Origin: Podarcis melisellensis
Taxonomy: Eukaryota
Strand: one strand, 5' to 3'
Assembly: GCA_964234715.1 (NCBI GenBank)
Contig: OZ174287.1
Length of the DNA: 64,000 bases
Below the pieces are notes generated by a model that was not told the origin of the DNA, ran no database searches, and was given only the letters and a program-made list of their open reading frames with translations. Position numbers and translations under genes: made by a program. Shown here one piece after another: positions 1 through 37,917 of the stretch; positions within the stretch are counted from its first letter, which is position 1; each line of letters opens with the position of its first letter.

Positions 1-1086
1 CAGAACCATAATAAAAGCAGACAGTTTAAAATCAACATTCAGATTAAGAGCAGAGAAGAGTAATTAGAATAGAAATATTAAAAACTCACTGGAGTCTTCT
101 ATGACTGCTTGAAGGTGAAAGCAGCCCAGCAGATCTCAACAGGAAGGGCATTCCACCATTACGGGATAACCACTGAAGTTTTATCTCAAATACCCACCCA
201 AGGTTCAAGAGCAGAGCATCTGAAGCTGACATATAGCCTACCCAATCCCAAAGACTTTACCTTATTTCTCTCTCATCAAGACAGTTTTAATAAATACATC
301 TTACATCAAAAGTTCAGAAGATTCACAGGTAAAGACTTTGGTGAGTCACGGTTAGAGGGAGAAGATCCTTGTTCGTAACCACCTCCCTAATGTAAGGTGG
401 AGGGTCTGAAATGTGTGCAATTTTGCACCCTATTTCCTAACTGGAGCTGGCTTACAGGCCTCATTCCTTTGAGCCTGAAACATTCAGTGATCATGGCACA
501 GTGACGCTAGTGGAGTGCTGGGTACGCCTTAACTCTTTACATGAGTCACCCATTGGAAAGGAAGGGATCTTCCAGGGCATTCCTTTCTATCAGGACAGTA
601 ATCTCTCATTAATGTTAAAGGGATCACGAGATGCCATCCTTTTGTACATAAAATCACAATTTTTATGTCACTGATTCCAACTTATGGGTTACTGATAGGT
701 AATTCAACCCAGGTTTCAGCCAAACTGCACTACCAAATAGGAGAATCAGTTAACAGGTGCCTGAACCAAAATTTGGCCAGCCATTTAAAATTAATGTGTG
801 AAATTCAGTCATACCACCTGTGCTGCTTCTGAGTCTTTGAGTCCCTATCCCCCTACTTGCCAGGCTCACAGTGCTGCAGTGACAGCAGAAGCCATAACTG
901 GTAGAATGTCTCTGGCTACACATAGCAACCCAATTCCCCCTTGGCTGCTCCCTTCCCTCCCTGTGTAAAGTACCTGACCCTCCTGTCTCTAGCCATCCTT
1001 TTCCAACTCCATGACCCTACCACCCATTGCTTCCTCAGGCCACTGCCTACTTTGTTCCCCTTCCTTTCTCTACCATGTTTCTAGAT

Positions 1087-1391
1087 CAGGGGTTCCCAAA
1101 CTGCACTTCTTGGGGGATGGACACACACACACACACACTTCATTCAGGTGATCCATGACATGATCTGTGGCTACTGATGACAAGAGATGACATATCCATT
1201 GCATTAAATACTCATACTGATTTTAATTGTATTTCTTCTGTATTATATTATATTGTATTAGTTTGAATTCTATAAAATTGTAATGCACAGTGTATTACAG
1301 TTGCTAAACAGGCAGAAAAACCATTAAGTGGTCCACCAAGATGCTTAGCAGTTTTCAAGTGGACCACGGATGTGAAGTTTGGAAACCACTG
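1087..1391. mobile_element. hAT-type MITE
   Basis: TIRs CAGGGGTTCCCAAAC / GTTTGGAAACCACTG; perfect 8-bp TSD TTCTAGAT (1079-1086, 1392-1399). Confidence 0.85.
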
Positions 1392-2299
1392 TTCTAGATC
1401 ACTCTCCCTATTTCTCCTTCCATCTGCCACATAAAATTATACTCGTCTTAAATGCTTTGAAATTCCTTTTGAGATGTAATTTATCCTTGTTGCCCTTTCA
1501 GGTCTCAATTCCCTCTTTCTTACCCTACCTCCAGGTTCCTCCTCCTCCTTTTTCTTATTTATTAAATCAACTAGTTACTTTTTTGCTATGGGAACGCAAA
1601 GTGACTTACAATATTTTAATCAAAAACGAATACATGGTGTTATAGAACTTTTTTTTGGGGGGGGGTCTCCTGGGGAAGGAGGAGGAAGTAAGGCTGAGAT
1701 CCATCTTGGAGAGGGAGACAAAAGGGTCTCCTGCACTGCTGTGGACCATGCTGTAAGATCTGGACTCCCTTCATGCAGACTGAAGGTGTAAATAGGCGAA
1801 TAAACCCTATTTCTTAAAGCACAACAGTCTCCAATGTGTCTTCTATTCTCCAAAGGGAGACAGACCCTGTGTGTGTGCCTTTGGCCCTGAGTGCTCTGGC
1901 CACTGCTGGGTGGAGAGAGGGCAGGCACCGGGCTATTGTAACAATACATTAAAATCTGTATTTTTTAAAAAATCTGAGTTGAAAGAAGCAGCCACTTTCT
2001 CCACTCTGCCCCTTCATTCAGCTTCTTTGCCTTGGGGCTCCCTGTCCATTAGCTTCTCTACCTCCTCTCTGGGCCATCACAATATTCAACCATTCCCCTG
2101 AGATGTTTTAATGAACACCAACCAACCCTCTTTTCCTCACAGAAGGTGGACTACGATCTGCTCTGAAGTGTCCCAGCCAATGCACCAGCCCAGCCAATCT
2201 GTGTCCGATACGTCACCGGGCTCAACAATGTACAGGCTGTGCTGCATTAGCATCCGCGGAGTCAACAAGCGAGGCCAAATCACGTGACACTGTGGGGAG

Positions 2300-3900
2300 G
2301 GGGGGTTGTTCCGAAGCAGGTAGAGCCTTTCGATTTTTTGGGAGTGTTTCTATTTTGCCGCCTCTTCATTTTTGCTTGGTTTTGAGGGTTTAAAATTTAC
2401 GGCGAAAAGGGCGTACGATTTATTCCGCCGCCGCCGCCCCCTTGAGAAAGGGCGGTTATAGCTCGCCTTGGTCCCAACTGCGCAGGTGCCAAGGTGCTGC
2501 TGTTCCCATATAAGGCGAGGGAACGGTCACACTAGGGAGACCGCGCGGCACCTGAACATTCCATCGAGTGAGGGGAGCCTGACCCCGCCCTCCTCCAGAG
2601 TGGTTCGGGCGAGTGGCCGCGCGCTCGTGACGCTTTAACGGTCGCCAAAGCGTCCTTTATTCATCCCCCTCCCCTTCAACAGCTGTCGTCCCTTCGCCAG
2701 TTTCCTATGCGCGCGCGCGCCTGTTTTTTCGGAATCCTGCCCCAGTAACAGCTGAGCGCTAGAAGCTCCGCCCCCAACAACGCCAACCTACCAATCACAT
2801 CCCGCCTCCACCGTATGTCCCAATCAAAACTGGCTGGAGGGCTTGTGCCGTCCCAATCTGACTCCTTTCATTGAACAGCTCTTTCCCCTATCAGCCAACC
2901 AGGACGCCGACCTCCTTGTTTGCCCTCGCCCTTCCCGAAGCCCCGCCTCCTCCAAGCCCGGCGCGGCTTCCTCGCCCCTAGGCCCGGTTCCAGACATCCG
3001 CCCGCACTCTTTTCGTATTGTCAAGGGAAGCCACGGTCCCGCCCATCGACGCCGCAGAAACCCAATGAGCGCAGCGCCCTCGCGAACGACTCGGCTCGCT
3101 CGCTCGCTCCCTTTATATTAGTATACATGCGCTTTGTCTCATTCAGCAACACCTTGTTTCCTCACAGCTCATGCTCTGTTAACTCTCTCTCTCTCTCTCC
3201 AGAACGCCCTTACCAAGGCGCAAGTCGTACGCTACGTCTCCGCTCCGCTCTACGCATGCGGCCGTTCCTTGGCTTCGGAAAGGCGTTCGGCGCGTGTCCA
3301 GTCCGCGGCGCATGCGGCTTTCTCCCGGCTCCCTCCCACGGCTCACTGCGCGTGCGCCCTCTCCTCCGCCGCGCGCCGCCTATGCGCATGCGCCCGGGCT
3401 TCTCTCTGCCTTGGTTCCGGTCTGGCTCCTGCCTTGGGCGCCATCTTGGATTTGGGGACAACTGGAGTGAGTGAGTGAGTGAGAAGGCAGAGGAGCCCGA
3501 GGAGGCGAGAGAGGGGAGGGGGGGCCGGATAGCGCCAGGCCCCCCATCCCCACAGTACATCACCGACCCCACCCTCTGCCGTAGAGAGGTAGCCCCTCCC
3601 TTCCCCCGGCCCCCCGCCCCGCAGGGCTCCCTGGACGTTGGAGGATTTCTGGGGCTCCTGGAGGACCAGCCCGCCCCCGTCCGCCCACCCCGCCCCGGCC
3701 CCTCCTGACCCCCCGCCCCAGTTTCCCCGTGAGGGCGGTGGCGCGTTCCGCTTCGGAGGTGCAAGCCTGAGTCCCCTCCGCATCCATTACCTGTGGGTCC
3801 TTTATAGCTCACCCCACCTGAAATATATGACAGGGGCTGCAACGTCCCACTTAGCCCGCGTCTTCCATCCCTTAATAGGCTTCCCAAAGAGTCGTCTGTC
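2300..3900. promoter_or_regulatory. CpG-island promoter of TAOK2
   Basis: Dense CpG/GC block in an otherwise CpG-poor window. Contains NRF1-type TGCGCATGCGC (3383-3393, plus related GCATGCG motifs ~3253, ~3308), YY1-type GCGCCATCTTG (3438-3448), several CCAAT boxes (~2791, ~2820, ~2853) and GC boxes. Boundaries approximate. Confidence 0.85.
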
Positions 3901-4328
3901 GGTAGGGCCTCTTGTCTGATAGAGATTTCCCCTCCTCTAAATTGGGATATTCTCTCCTCCCTCCCCCCCCCCCACCGCCCTGAAGAGTCTCCGTAGAATT
4001 GGGTCTGCTGGGAGACTCCTCATTCACCTTTTCAAAGGGATGCCCCCCATCCTTCCCCTTTAAGTAGAGCCCGCTGCACGTCTTCGCTTCTGCGGATCCT
4101 TTCTTCCCTAGCCAAGCCAGAGAGGGAGATACTCTAGGTGCCCTATGTCTCCTACGCAGAGGCCTCGCTCGTCCAGGGGAGCCAGTGACAGTTCCCTCTA
4201 AACCCTCTTCCTTGATTGGAGGAGTTGGGGAAGAGGAGGAGGAGGTCGGGGGTGTACTCCCCACCCCCAATATCCTGGAGCTGGAGCCGCAAGGGGAACA
4301 GTATCAAGGCAGCTGCCGAGACTTACAG
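3440..4328 (+). other. TAOK2: Probable non-coding exon 1 (5' UTR) of TAOK2
   Basis: Runs from the YY1-motif region to a strong donor CAG|GTGAGA (GT 4329-4330); matching acceptor ttag| at 13844. The 5' end is estimated. Confidence 0.6.
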
Positions 4329-7300
4329 GTGAGACCTGAACCTACTGATACAGGGGAGAGGTGAAGGGATGTGTGTTTTGGTGGTGGTGATGGGGAGGCT
4401 GGGAAGATAACAGAAGGTGAACGTTTGCAGAACAAAGAGGTTGTATGCACCAATTTTGTGGAAATCCAATTTTCTTTCTGTCTGCTTCCCCCGCCTTCCC
4501 CCAACAACCATCCCTCCTATGTTGAGAAGCACACGCCCTCCCACCCCACCCCGAACTCATTTTCTTCTAAAGGCTTAATGAAGGAGTAGCAACTTGCAGC
4601 TTTCCCCTGCCACATCTGGGCCCCACTTCTCTCTTCTGAAGAAGCCAGGAGTTCTGTTCACCAGAACATGGATCCTGGGTTTCCATTCTGCCACCTCAAA
4701 TCCTTGTCTTCTTTTTATTGAGAATAAAAGCTGACACCCCCATCCCTCCCAAAAACCTCCTTTGCAACCTAGCAATTGCATCTCACTATGACTGCTAGAC
4801 TCATTTCTTGACTATGCAACTAAAAGCCCCTGGCTCCTAGTCCTGTTCCTCTCCATTAGGTCTTGTTCAGCTTTTAAGGAAACCTAGAGGCCTGTTCTTA
4901 TGCCCTTAAATATTTGATGACAAGGTTGGGGGTGTGGGTGTTATCAAGGTAGGTTAACATGATTGACTACTGTTGGCTTCCCTAGGAATCATCATTCAGG
5001 CTGAAACTTTGTTGTAAATTTTGGGCATGCAACCAGGAGTGAATTTTGGGGAAATGGGATGATTGCCCTTGGCTTGTGGTCTGGGGTTGGATTTTAACGT
5101 AGCACGCTACCAAAAGTTTTGTATGTGTGTTTATAATGGGTTAGGAGGAAGACATGGTGAAACTGTATTTGGTTGCAGGGGTGCTTCACACAGATACTGC
5201 AGAGTAATGAGGTTTAACATGACCACTTGGAAGGAAGGAGGATGAATGGCTTGTCCTAAATGCTGGGTGGTGTTCAATTTGACATCCTTTTAAGCTACAG
5301 GGACCACTTCCCACTGGTCCTGCTCTTTTTGTATTCTGAGGGGCAACCAGAAAAAAGATTTCATGTCAAAGAAACCAATATTCCACAGAGAGGAAAATAA
5401 AAATCAGCATTCAATATAACATTGTACAAAAAATATCAATTCTGTTAGTATGCAGGAGTTTCACATTTAATTCAGAGTTTTAGGTAAATTGAGCATTATT
5501 TAGTACTTGGTGGTGTGAAGGTGCTGTTAGGAGGCAGTATCTATAAACAGTGGGGTATAAGAAAACCAGTAGTGTGTTCCTTGAGCAATGGCAGTTGTCT
5601 GTTTCTCTCCCCCCACCCCCGCCCACCCTGTGGACCAGGATTGTTTTCAGATATCTCTCTAGAAACATGGGGGCTAGTACCTTTAAAGGAGAGGTCTTCA
5701 GCAGTCTAGATTTCTGTACATGTCTTGTCTCAGAAGATCAATTAATGAATGATGGCATGTTTATCAAGCCCATTAAAACAAAGCACACAAGTTTCAAGAC
5801 CTCCACTTTCATGGATTGTATTACTGCTTGACTTGGGTCAAAAAATGGGAGTTGGGAATATTTACCACCTCAAGGGATTGCACATTTCTCTGGGACATAC
5901 CAGTTCAAGGTAGGAATTTAAAATGAATCTGAGAATAAGGGGTGTTTCTTGTTGTGTGCATCTAACAATTTTCATTGTAGCTTGAACATCATTCCAGAAG
6001 GTTTCAGGAAAGGCTTTGTGTGGCATGCCTCTATCAAGGATGAGTAAGAGTCCTTGAGAGCTATGTTGCTTTTGGGGCTCCTCCATCCGCTGTCCTTATA
6101 GGCAGTAGTTTTATCATGCAAGATGGGGCCCAGTATCTACTTGGTTGCTTTTTGACAAAGCTTTCCCTGTGATATTTTTTGAAGGCTCTTTCTGAAGTGC
6201 TTGGCCACCGAGATAATGGGATAAATTGCTTTTCTTTTGTTGACAGGAGCTCCTCAGACTTTTAACCCAGCTGATTCTCTCTTGTGACAAGTAACACTCT
6301 TATTTTGTCTGTTTAGTTGGGTACAGCCTTGCAAATGAATCCCCCAAAGTTACTAATCTGTCCACATATGCTTATTCAATCATTTCAATTATATCAAGAG
6401 CCCGAAAGAAAGGAAAAGAACCAACACTTTTCCCAGTTTCTCTGACTTACAGCACAGTTCTGTGACAAGTTGGAAACATGTCCTATTGAGTTCAATGGGG
6501 CTTATTCCCATGTAAGTGAGGTTAGAATTGCAGCCCCATTCCCCTAATACACATGTCCATTTAAAACCCTGGTTCTGCCCCTGTTGCTACAAAGAGCATG
6601 ACTTCTCAATGAGCATTTTGGCTTTTTCCTTTGCTGGATTTCCCCCACCTATGTTCTTGATTATAATACACTTCTTACTTCCAGTAATCTAAAACAGAAT
6701 CATGAGCCTCCTTTCAGCTGGACATGTCGTCATAAGAGAAGTTTTATCCTGGAATATTCAGATGTTTTTTTTAAAAAAAGATGACTATGATGGTGTAACA
6801 AAAGTGTTGCTTTGAGCCAAAGGACTGCAAACAAGCCAACCCAGACCAAGAATAAAAGCATCCTACCCCTCTTGCCCAGGCGCTACTTAGGGGAGGTGGA
6901 GTTGTTTCTATATTTGTGGCTGCTGATTCTGTGTTAAGAGGCTGCCTCTTTTTGCACATCTCACCACGATGTGACATAAAATAATAATTGGTAACACTCT
7001 TTGGTCAGATAAATTTAACAGCCCAAAGTTTCTAACTTTGATCTTGTCCTTTGTCAGAGAATACGTTGTTAAGAAGAGCTGGCAAGCAGAGGAATGAATG
7101 AGAGTTCCAGTATAATGTCTGAAAGGACACATGCAGAAGCTTGAGATACGATTAGAACTTCTCTCTTTCACACACGCACACCCCCCACCCCCTCGACACA
7201 TACAAAAGTTCCCCTTTAGACACTATGGAGGACTTGCGAAAAGTGGAAGTGCTTTATATAACATCCTACACCAGTCTTGTTTTCTGCCTTTAGTTTTCGG

Positions 7301-7995
7301 TTGAATCTGGTTTGGTGAGAGTCTGTCTTATGTACATCTCATGACTATAGGCTTAACATATGTGACAGGGTATGCAAAACTAAATCGCCTCACTAGTCTG
7401 GACAAATGCAATATTTTCTTTCGGCCGGCGAAGGGCATTTGTTAAGGTAACTGAACTCCTTCCAATTCTTTCTTAAAATAGTTTTCTAATGGTTGCAGCA
7501 AAATCTCTGGAAATGACTGCATTGTGTTCTCAAAGCATTATTTTCTGTCATGCTGTTGTGGTAGAATACAACCCCTAGGGCTTGCATCTGAGTTACCCAC
7601 AGGTTACTCAGTAAGCCCTGTATTCTTCCAGCACAGAAGGAATTGGTAGTGCGGAGGAGAAGACCCCCTGGAATGAAAGCATCCTAGAACCTCTGAAAGG
7701 AAAGAGGCCAGGACAGGGTATTTCAGAATATTTAGGAAAGAGACTTTAAGGCTGGAGTCCATTTACCTGGAGTAAGTCCCATTGAATTCAGAAGGGCTTA
7801 GATCTAAGTAGGCGTGTAGGATGGCACTGTATGATTTGTAACCCTGTATAGTTAATTGAGACGAACCCCATTGAGCACTGTAGGAGTTGCTTCTGAGTAA
7901 ACAGTCAAAGGATTGTGCTGCCTGGGAAGGAAGGACTAGGAAGCATAACAGAACAGAGATGTGCTTCTGTGGACCCAGGATGCTGTAGCTTTGCT

Positions 7996-8100
7996 GAAGC
8001 TAAGCAGGTCTGGGCCTGGTTAGTTCCTGGATGGCAAGAGTGCCTGGGGACTTGAGTTCCATGATGGAAAAAAGACAGGATATACATCTATTTAATATAG
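7996..8100 (+). mobile_element. 5S rRNA-derived SINE fragment
   Basis: GAAGCTAAGCAGGTCTGGGCCTGGTTAGTTCCTGGATGG resembles the 5S internal control region, followed by a non-5S, L2-like tail. Confidence 0.6.
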
Positions 8101-11100
8101 AAATTGCTGCCATAATTTTTAATAAGCATTTTATAATCCTTGTAGCTGCAGTGCAAAGCCAGCAAATATGAAGAGGGCAGCAACAGGTGAAGGGCAGCTC
8201 TTCTGCTGTTTTGTGGCTGGAGCTTTAATGCGTTTCCTAGGTCTCTATCAAGAGGGTATCCAGATGGGCGACGTGTGAATATTTTGGAGGCTTAAGTAAG
8301 GAGAAGGGATCAGAAGCCCTTTGTGGAGGTACAGCGGCCTCCCTTGAGTAAGTTCAACAAACTGGACCAGAGTCTGTCCTTTCTTTCATTCTGTGATAGT
8401 ATTTTATTGCCCATTGGTGGTATTTGGCACAAGGTGCTGTCTAAAAGCATTGACTGGGCCAGTGAAGAAAGAAAGAAAACCCACAACTTGCTTCTCTGCC
8501 ACTACCACAAAGGACAGTGGCTAACATTTGGAGATTGGGAGCAGACCAGACATTGTGGCTTCCAGTGTTGCAGGCAGGTGATCTTTAGGCCTCTTGATTT
8601 TGGGTGTGTGAAAAGATCCACACGTGCCACAACTGTGGCATTATCCTGCTTTCAAATACTTAAAGCCCACCTGTGGGTATTGAATAATTCTGCCCCCTTC
8701 CTCTATAGGTTCAGATGGCTCTTCCTTGCTCCATATCCCCACCACTGATGATGTTCTGCATTAGTGAGAACCTGATGGAGTTTATGTGTTCTTCACTTTT
8801 TAATGGGACTTCAGCAGCCTAATGCTACCGTCTCCTAGTGTATCTGTTTTCACCTGCGATTTAATGACTTTATGTTTGTGGAAAATCTGCCTTAGGATTT
8901 TACATTTCACTGTTGGCAAGTGTCTGCTGTCATAAGTTACCTAGCTTTAATTGCCAAGTTAGGCCTGAGGCCTCATGACCACTTCTCTTAAGACTTTCTC
9001 CTAACCAGCTTTCACTGTATATAGTTTTACTGATTAAACCCAGAATAATCAGGCTGTTCTTTTAGTTCTTCTGTTTTCTTTACTCTCTGTATCTTAAAGA
9101 ATGCAGTGTAAACAGCTCAATGCTTGTTATATTTCAGGTGGTAAAATAGAGTAGAGGCAACCTCACCAATTTTGGCTTTCCAAGCACACATAACAATCAT
9201 ATACTAGGTAATGCATTTTTGTTCCTTTTTCCTGCACAGTTGAGCCCATCATTGTCAACCTACTTAGCATGTTGGCATCCCCTGCTAAATAAATAAGCTT
9301 GTCGCTACTCCCTGTCAGAAATCTGGTACCCCTCTTTGCCATCCAGGCATATGAGGTGCATTTTCTTCAGGAGATCCTCAAGTTACATCCTCAGTTTGTG
9401 AAAATAAACAGAAGAATTCAGGATCAGTATCTGCAGTTCTCTAAATTGTAGGAGCTGGAAAGACATTAAAGTCAAGGGTCCATCTCCCAGACTTTGGCTA
9501 GACACTTAATTTTTTACAACATGTCCGTCCACCCACCCTTGGCAAATGTCATTCTGGGTAGTGTGTTCTGCAAGCTGATTGTTGAAACTGGCAGCAGGTC
9601 CTGTGTCAGAGCTTCCTGACTAATTTTCATAACTCACTGTAGCTGGATTGAGCAAGTGAGCCAAAGCACATGCTATAGAAAAAGCAAGGTGTATTGTTTG
9701 TCCTGGAAAGGTTAACTCCTTTCCAAATGTGCTTATCCGGTACAGCAGGGATGAGGGACCTTTTTTAGCCCAATGGCTGCTTTCCTTTCTAGGCAGCCTT
9801 CTGAGGGTCACATGCTGGTAGTGCACAGGGACGGAGGCAAAAGTGGGCAGAGCGACCTTTGAACAGTAGGTTAGTTTCTACAAAAAACTCACACACCCTT
9901 TTCTCTTTCTGCCATCCAGGCAAGCAAGAGGCATTATCAGAGTTCAAAGACACCTTCCAGCCAGGCAGAAACACACAGGCAGTCAAGCAGGGCCAGTGAG
10001 AGCAGTTACCTGGGGAGAGGGGAATGCCTGGGGAAAGTTCTGAGGGCCAGATAGAGAGGCCTGAGGGGCCTGAGGTTCCCCACCCCTGTGTTACACTCTG
10101 CAGTTGAGAAGAAATCCTTAAGCCATGCCTTCAGGAGTGCTCTTAACCCCCCAGCACAGGTCCTTTTTAATAGTTGTATTACAGTAGATTATTAAAGATT
10201 ATATATTCTTTTTGTGTTTATTGGAAGTGTTTTGTGCATTGATGGTAAGTGCCATAAGAACTCCTGGAAAAGTGGCATAGAAGTATGCTGGCAAATGGTA
10301 ACTGCTGCTTTCTTTATCTAATTGCAGCCTCCCAAAGCTTCAGCAGAAGCAGCAAAATCTTGCATGACTCTTAAGAGTCACAGGCCTATAAACTGGTTCC
10401 ACTTTTAGTCTGCACATCTCGGGTCAAATGTGACATCCAGACCTGCTGATGATGACCTGAAAGCAGGTCTACTGTTCCATGTTGGGTGAGAGCCTGATCT
10501 GCTTTTGCTCTCCTTTATACAGACAATACAGCTTACGCTGCAGGGAGCATTTCTTTCTGTGTAAGGAGTAGCCCTAGATGACTTCTCTGAATTCATTGTA
10601 TAACCCTGTTCCATTGACTTTAGCCTGGAACCTCAAAACCAAACCTGAGAGGTTAAATTCTGTGCGCTGCTTAGTGAAGTGAGGTACAGCAGAAGGATGC
10701 CTTCCCACCCGCATTACTGCTGCCAGGCTGGCCTTGTGATTTGCCTTTTTGCTTTGGATTGTTCCCTGGGAAGCAACTGAACAATGCAAGGATTTCCTCT
10801 CGCTGACATGGCCTGCCTGCAGGCCCTTGATTTCCTTGTTTTTCTGTTCATTGGGTGGAGGAGGGGAATTGGTTCGATGAGCTCTGCCCATCCCAGAAGG
10901 TGAAGAGGTACCCCAAGAAACTTGTTTTGGAAAACGGAGTATAGATGCAGGTTGGTGCCCCTCAAAAGGCAAAGGCCATGGGCCTTGTTTTTCTAATATT
11001 CATCTAGCCAGCCTGGCCTGACCCATTCCCATAGGCAAAGACTCCAGGGGGTTACATCCAGCTGACTAATGTCAAGGGCGAGGAATGGATCCGCAGTCCA

Positions 11101-12144
11101 TACATACAAGATGTTTTAGCCTATATGAATACCCTGCTGGTTCATTCAGCTGATGGAGGCCCGCAAAGGATCACTGTGGAGTTTTGCAGCCTTCAGAGGT
11201 GGTATCTGGGGGAGGGGGAGTAGCTGGTGCCAACTTTTACAGACCTCTTTCATGCTTTTTGTGTTGAGCAAAGATGAAGAGTGCCCAGCCTGCCAGGGTG
11301 TGATTAGCAATAAGGTCAGAATAGTGGCTTATACCTGCATTAAGCATAGACTCCTAAATAGTGAGGTCCCCCCTCTGGGAAGCAGGGTAACCATGTTGGG
11401 AGTGTCTCCCTTGGGCCAGGGTGGGAGGCAGCATGGCAGTCCACCTCTCTTCCCATTTAGTGTAGGGTCATGGGTTGCAGCTACTGCAAGTGGCAAACAC
11501 ATTCTCCTGCTGAAGGATCTCTCCCAGGGAATTTAGGTTGGTATGTCTGGAAATGTGAGTTGTTTGATGTAGGGTTCAGAGCTAAAGTCTAGGCTGCCTG
11601 GATTTGTCTGTGTTCTCTTTTAGAAACTTCAGCCTCTTGTGCACTATAAAGCCACATCAAGAAGTATGGGTCATCTTGCCATAGAGTTTATTGATTGATT
11701 TAGAGCACTTGTACCCCACTCTTCAACCTAAAAGTCTGCTGGAGTGGCTTGCATACAATAGCTTGCAAGACAGCCCCTGCCTACAGGCTTACAATCTGAA
11801 ATGTATTTCTGCTCCCCGCCTTTTTTTTTTTTTACTTCTATGCCACCTGCATCTTTTAATCTTAAAGACCTTGGTTAAAATAAACTCCATAGATGTACCA
11901 ATTGGGGCAGTGTGTTGCAGGTAAAACATTTCAACGTAGTGACATACAACTGTTTCATATGTGGATGGGAAGCTTTTAACGTAAAATTGTATGATGGAGG
12001 TGATATTTTCCAGGTGGTGAACAGCTCTGAGCACCTCTTTGAGGACTAATAAGGAGTAAGCACCTTCTGTACTGTCCATGCTTCCTGTGTACAGGGTTAT
12101 TGGTCTCTGGGCCCAGTTCAGGGTGATCACATTAGTGAGCCCTA

Positions 12145-12570
12145 AAAAGCTCAGGCCCCAAATATCTGAAAGACTGCCTCCACCCCTTCCAAAGTTGTTG
12201 GGTGTTAAGATCGACTGAGGGGGCTCCCTTGGTATCCTCATCCTCAGAGGTGTGGGGAAGAGTGGCCCAGGAGAGGCCTTTCTTTGTGGCAGCCTCTAAA
12301 TTGTGGGACTCCCTCCCCACAGAGTTGTGTGCAACATCTTCATTGGACAGCTTTCACTGTATGTAAAAGACACGCCTCTTTGCCCTGGCCTCTGTTTTTT
12401 GGGGACTGAACTTTTGTTGGATTTATACTGTTTTATTCCGTTCAGAGAGGATTTACTACGTTGTTATCATTGCAATGGTCTTAACTGTTTTTATAACCAT
12501 ATATTGTAATACTGTAACCCACCCTGGAACCTGTTGGAGAAGGGCAGGTATAAAATCTTAGAAATAAAAA
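12145..12570 (+). mobile_element. Degenerate L2-like LINE 3' fragment
   Basis: Similar to the 3' end of the L2 copy at 43.4-44.3 kb (GP-YLKD, RAFSVAAP-LW-SLP remnants) and its GGGC-GG-ATAAA tail. Confidence 0.6.
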
Positions 12571-13885
12571 AGTTACCTAGTCCACTTCTCCTGTACCAAG
12601 CCCAGTAAAATCCAAGGCAAGCCTCTCAAAAGTCTCATTTGCTACATGTCCCCATAATTCCCTTCAGCCCCTCACAACTGACTGACCTCAGTTTACCCAA
12701 GAAAAGGAATGGGGAACCTGTGGCCTTCAAGATGGTGGTGGACTATTTAACTTTCATTATTTATAACCATTGGCTTATTCTGATAGGGGTTTGAGTGCCA
12801 ACAACCTCTGGAGGTCCACGTGTTCCCCATACATCCCTGCTTTAGAAAGAATTGTTAAGGAAAGCAGCACAAGATATCCAAATCACAAAAGCAACCATGG
12901 AAGGGTTGGGCTTGATTATTTCTTTTTGGTTTTGTTGATACATCCTTGGGAGTAAATGGCATCGAAGTAGTAGTCTTTAAAGAAGATCTTGTTAATTTCT
13001 TCCTCCTCCCTAACTTGACTTTCAACAAGAGCAGAAGGGAAACTATAGCAAGAAAGAAGTTTATTAAGCTGAGGCAATTCTTTGTGAGAATGTGGCTGCT
13101 GTACATGCAGGTCTTTGCCCACTGCAAGGGAAAGGTGGCACTGTGCGTGCAAGACCATGGAGCTGAAGCATCTTCAGTCCTTCCACACTGAAGAGGGAAA
13201 ACCCAGCAAGAACCTTCATCCTGTCATAGAAAGAGCAAGTCATGGAGGTTATTTTAGTTGGGAAAGCAGCAGGGACAAATGTGCTCTGAGTCAGAGTGTA
13301 TTGTATCTCAGGGAGATACTCCTGAGTTTTCTTAGGAAGAATTGGAGCCTGTAATTTATTTTCTAAAAGAAATTTAGGGTATATTGTTGTGGTTAGAGCA
13401 GAAAAGTTGGAAAACTTAGTGATAAGCAAAGTTTCGGGTGCATGCAGTTCCTCAATTCAGTACATTTTCAGTTCCCAATTGAATGCTGCTGCTAGTGCAG
13501 CAGCAGCACAACATGAAGAGGAGAAACAGCTATGTCTTCTCTGATCTCTATGAAATCTTACCCCATTTGTTGGCATTGGTGCCCCCCCTCCAAATTCTTC
13601 TCCTTGATTACCATTCTACACCACTTCTCTTATTTTTGTGGGTGGGAACTTGCCACTCCTGGATTCTCTTGTGAAGGATGTCCTGTATGAGCAGTGACTA
13701 GATTGGATGCAGCTGTGGAAGATTCCCCATCCTTACTGATCAGGCCTAGATATCTTTAGCTTCAGGAAGGTAGCCTCATTGTGTGTCCTATCAGACCATG
13801 TCTTACCCTTGGTGAGCTTGCTAACCTCTGTTTCCCCACCTTAGGAAAAGGGCAAAGGTGAAGCCCAGCCTCCTCCACGGCCGCC

Positions 13886-37917
<24,032 letters not shown>

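Noticed and set aside
2824-4270. Many overlapping ORFs up to 225 aa in the CpG island
   Set aside because: Expected from GC-rich, stop-poor sequence; low-complexity G/P/R/A translations on both strands.
7996-8050. Functional 5S rRNA gene
   Set aside because: Only ~55 nt match, with substitutions, no 5S 5' end and no terminator.
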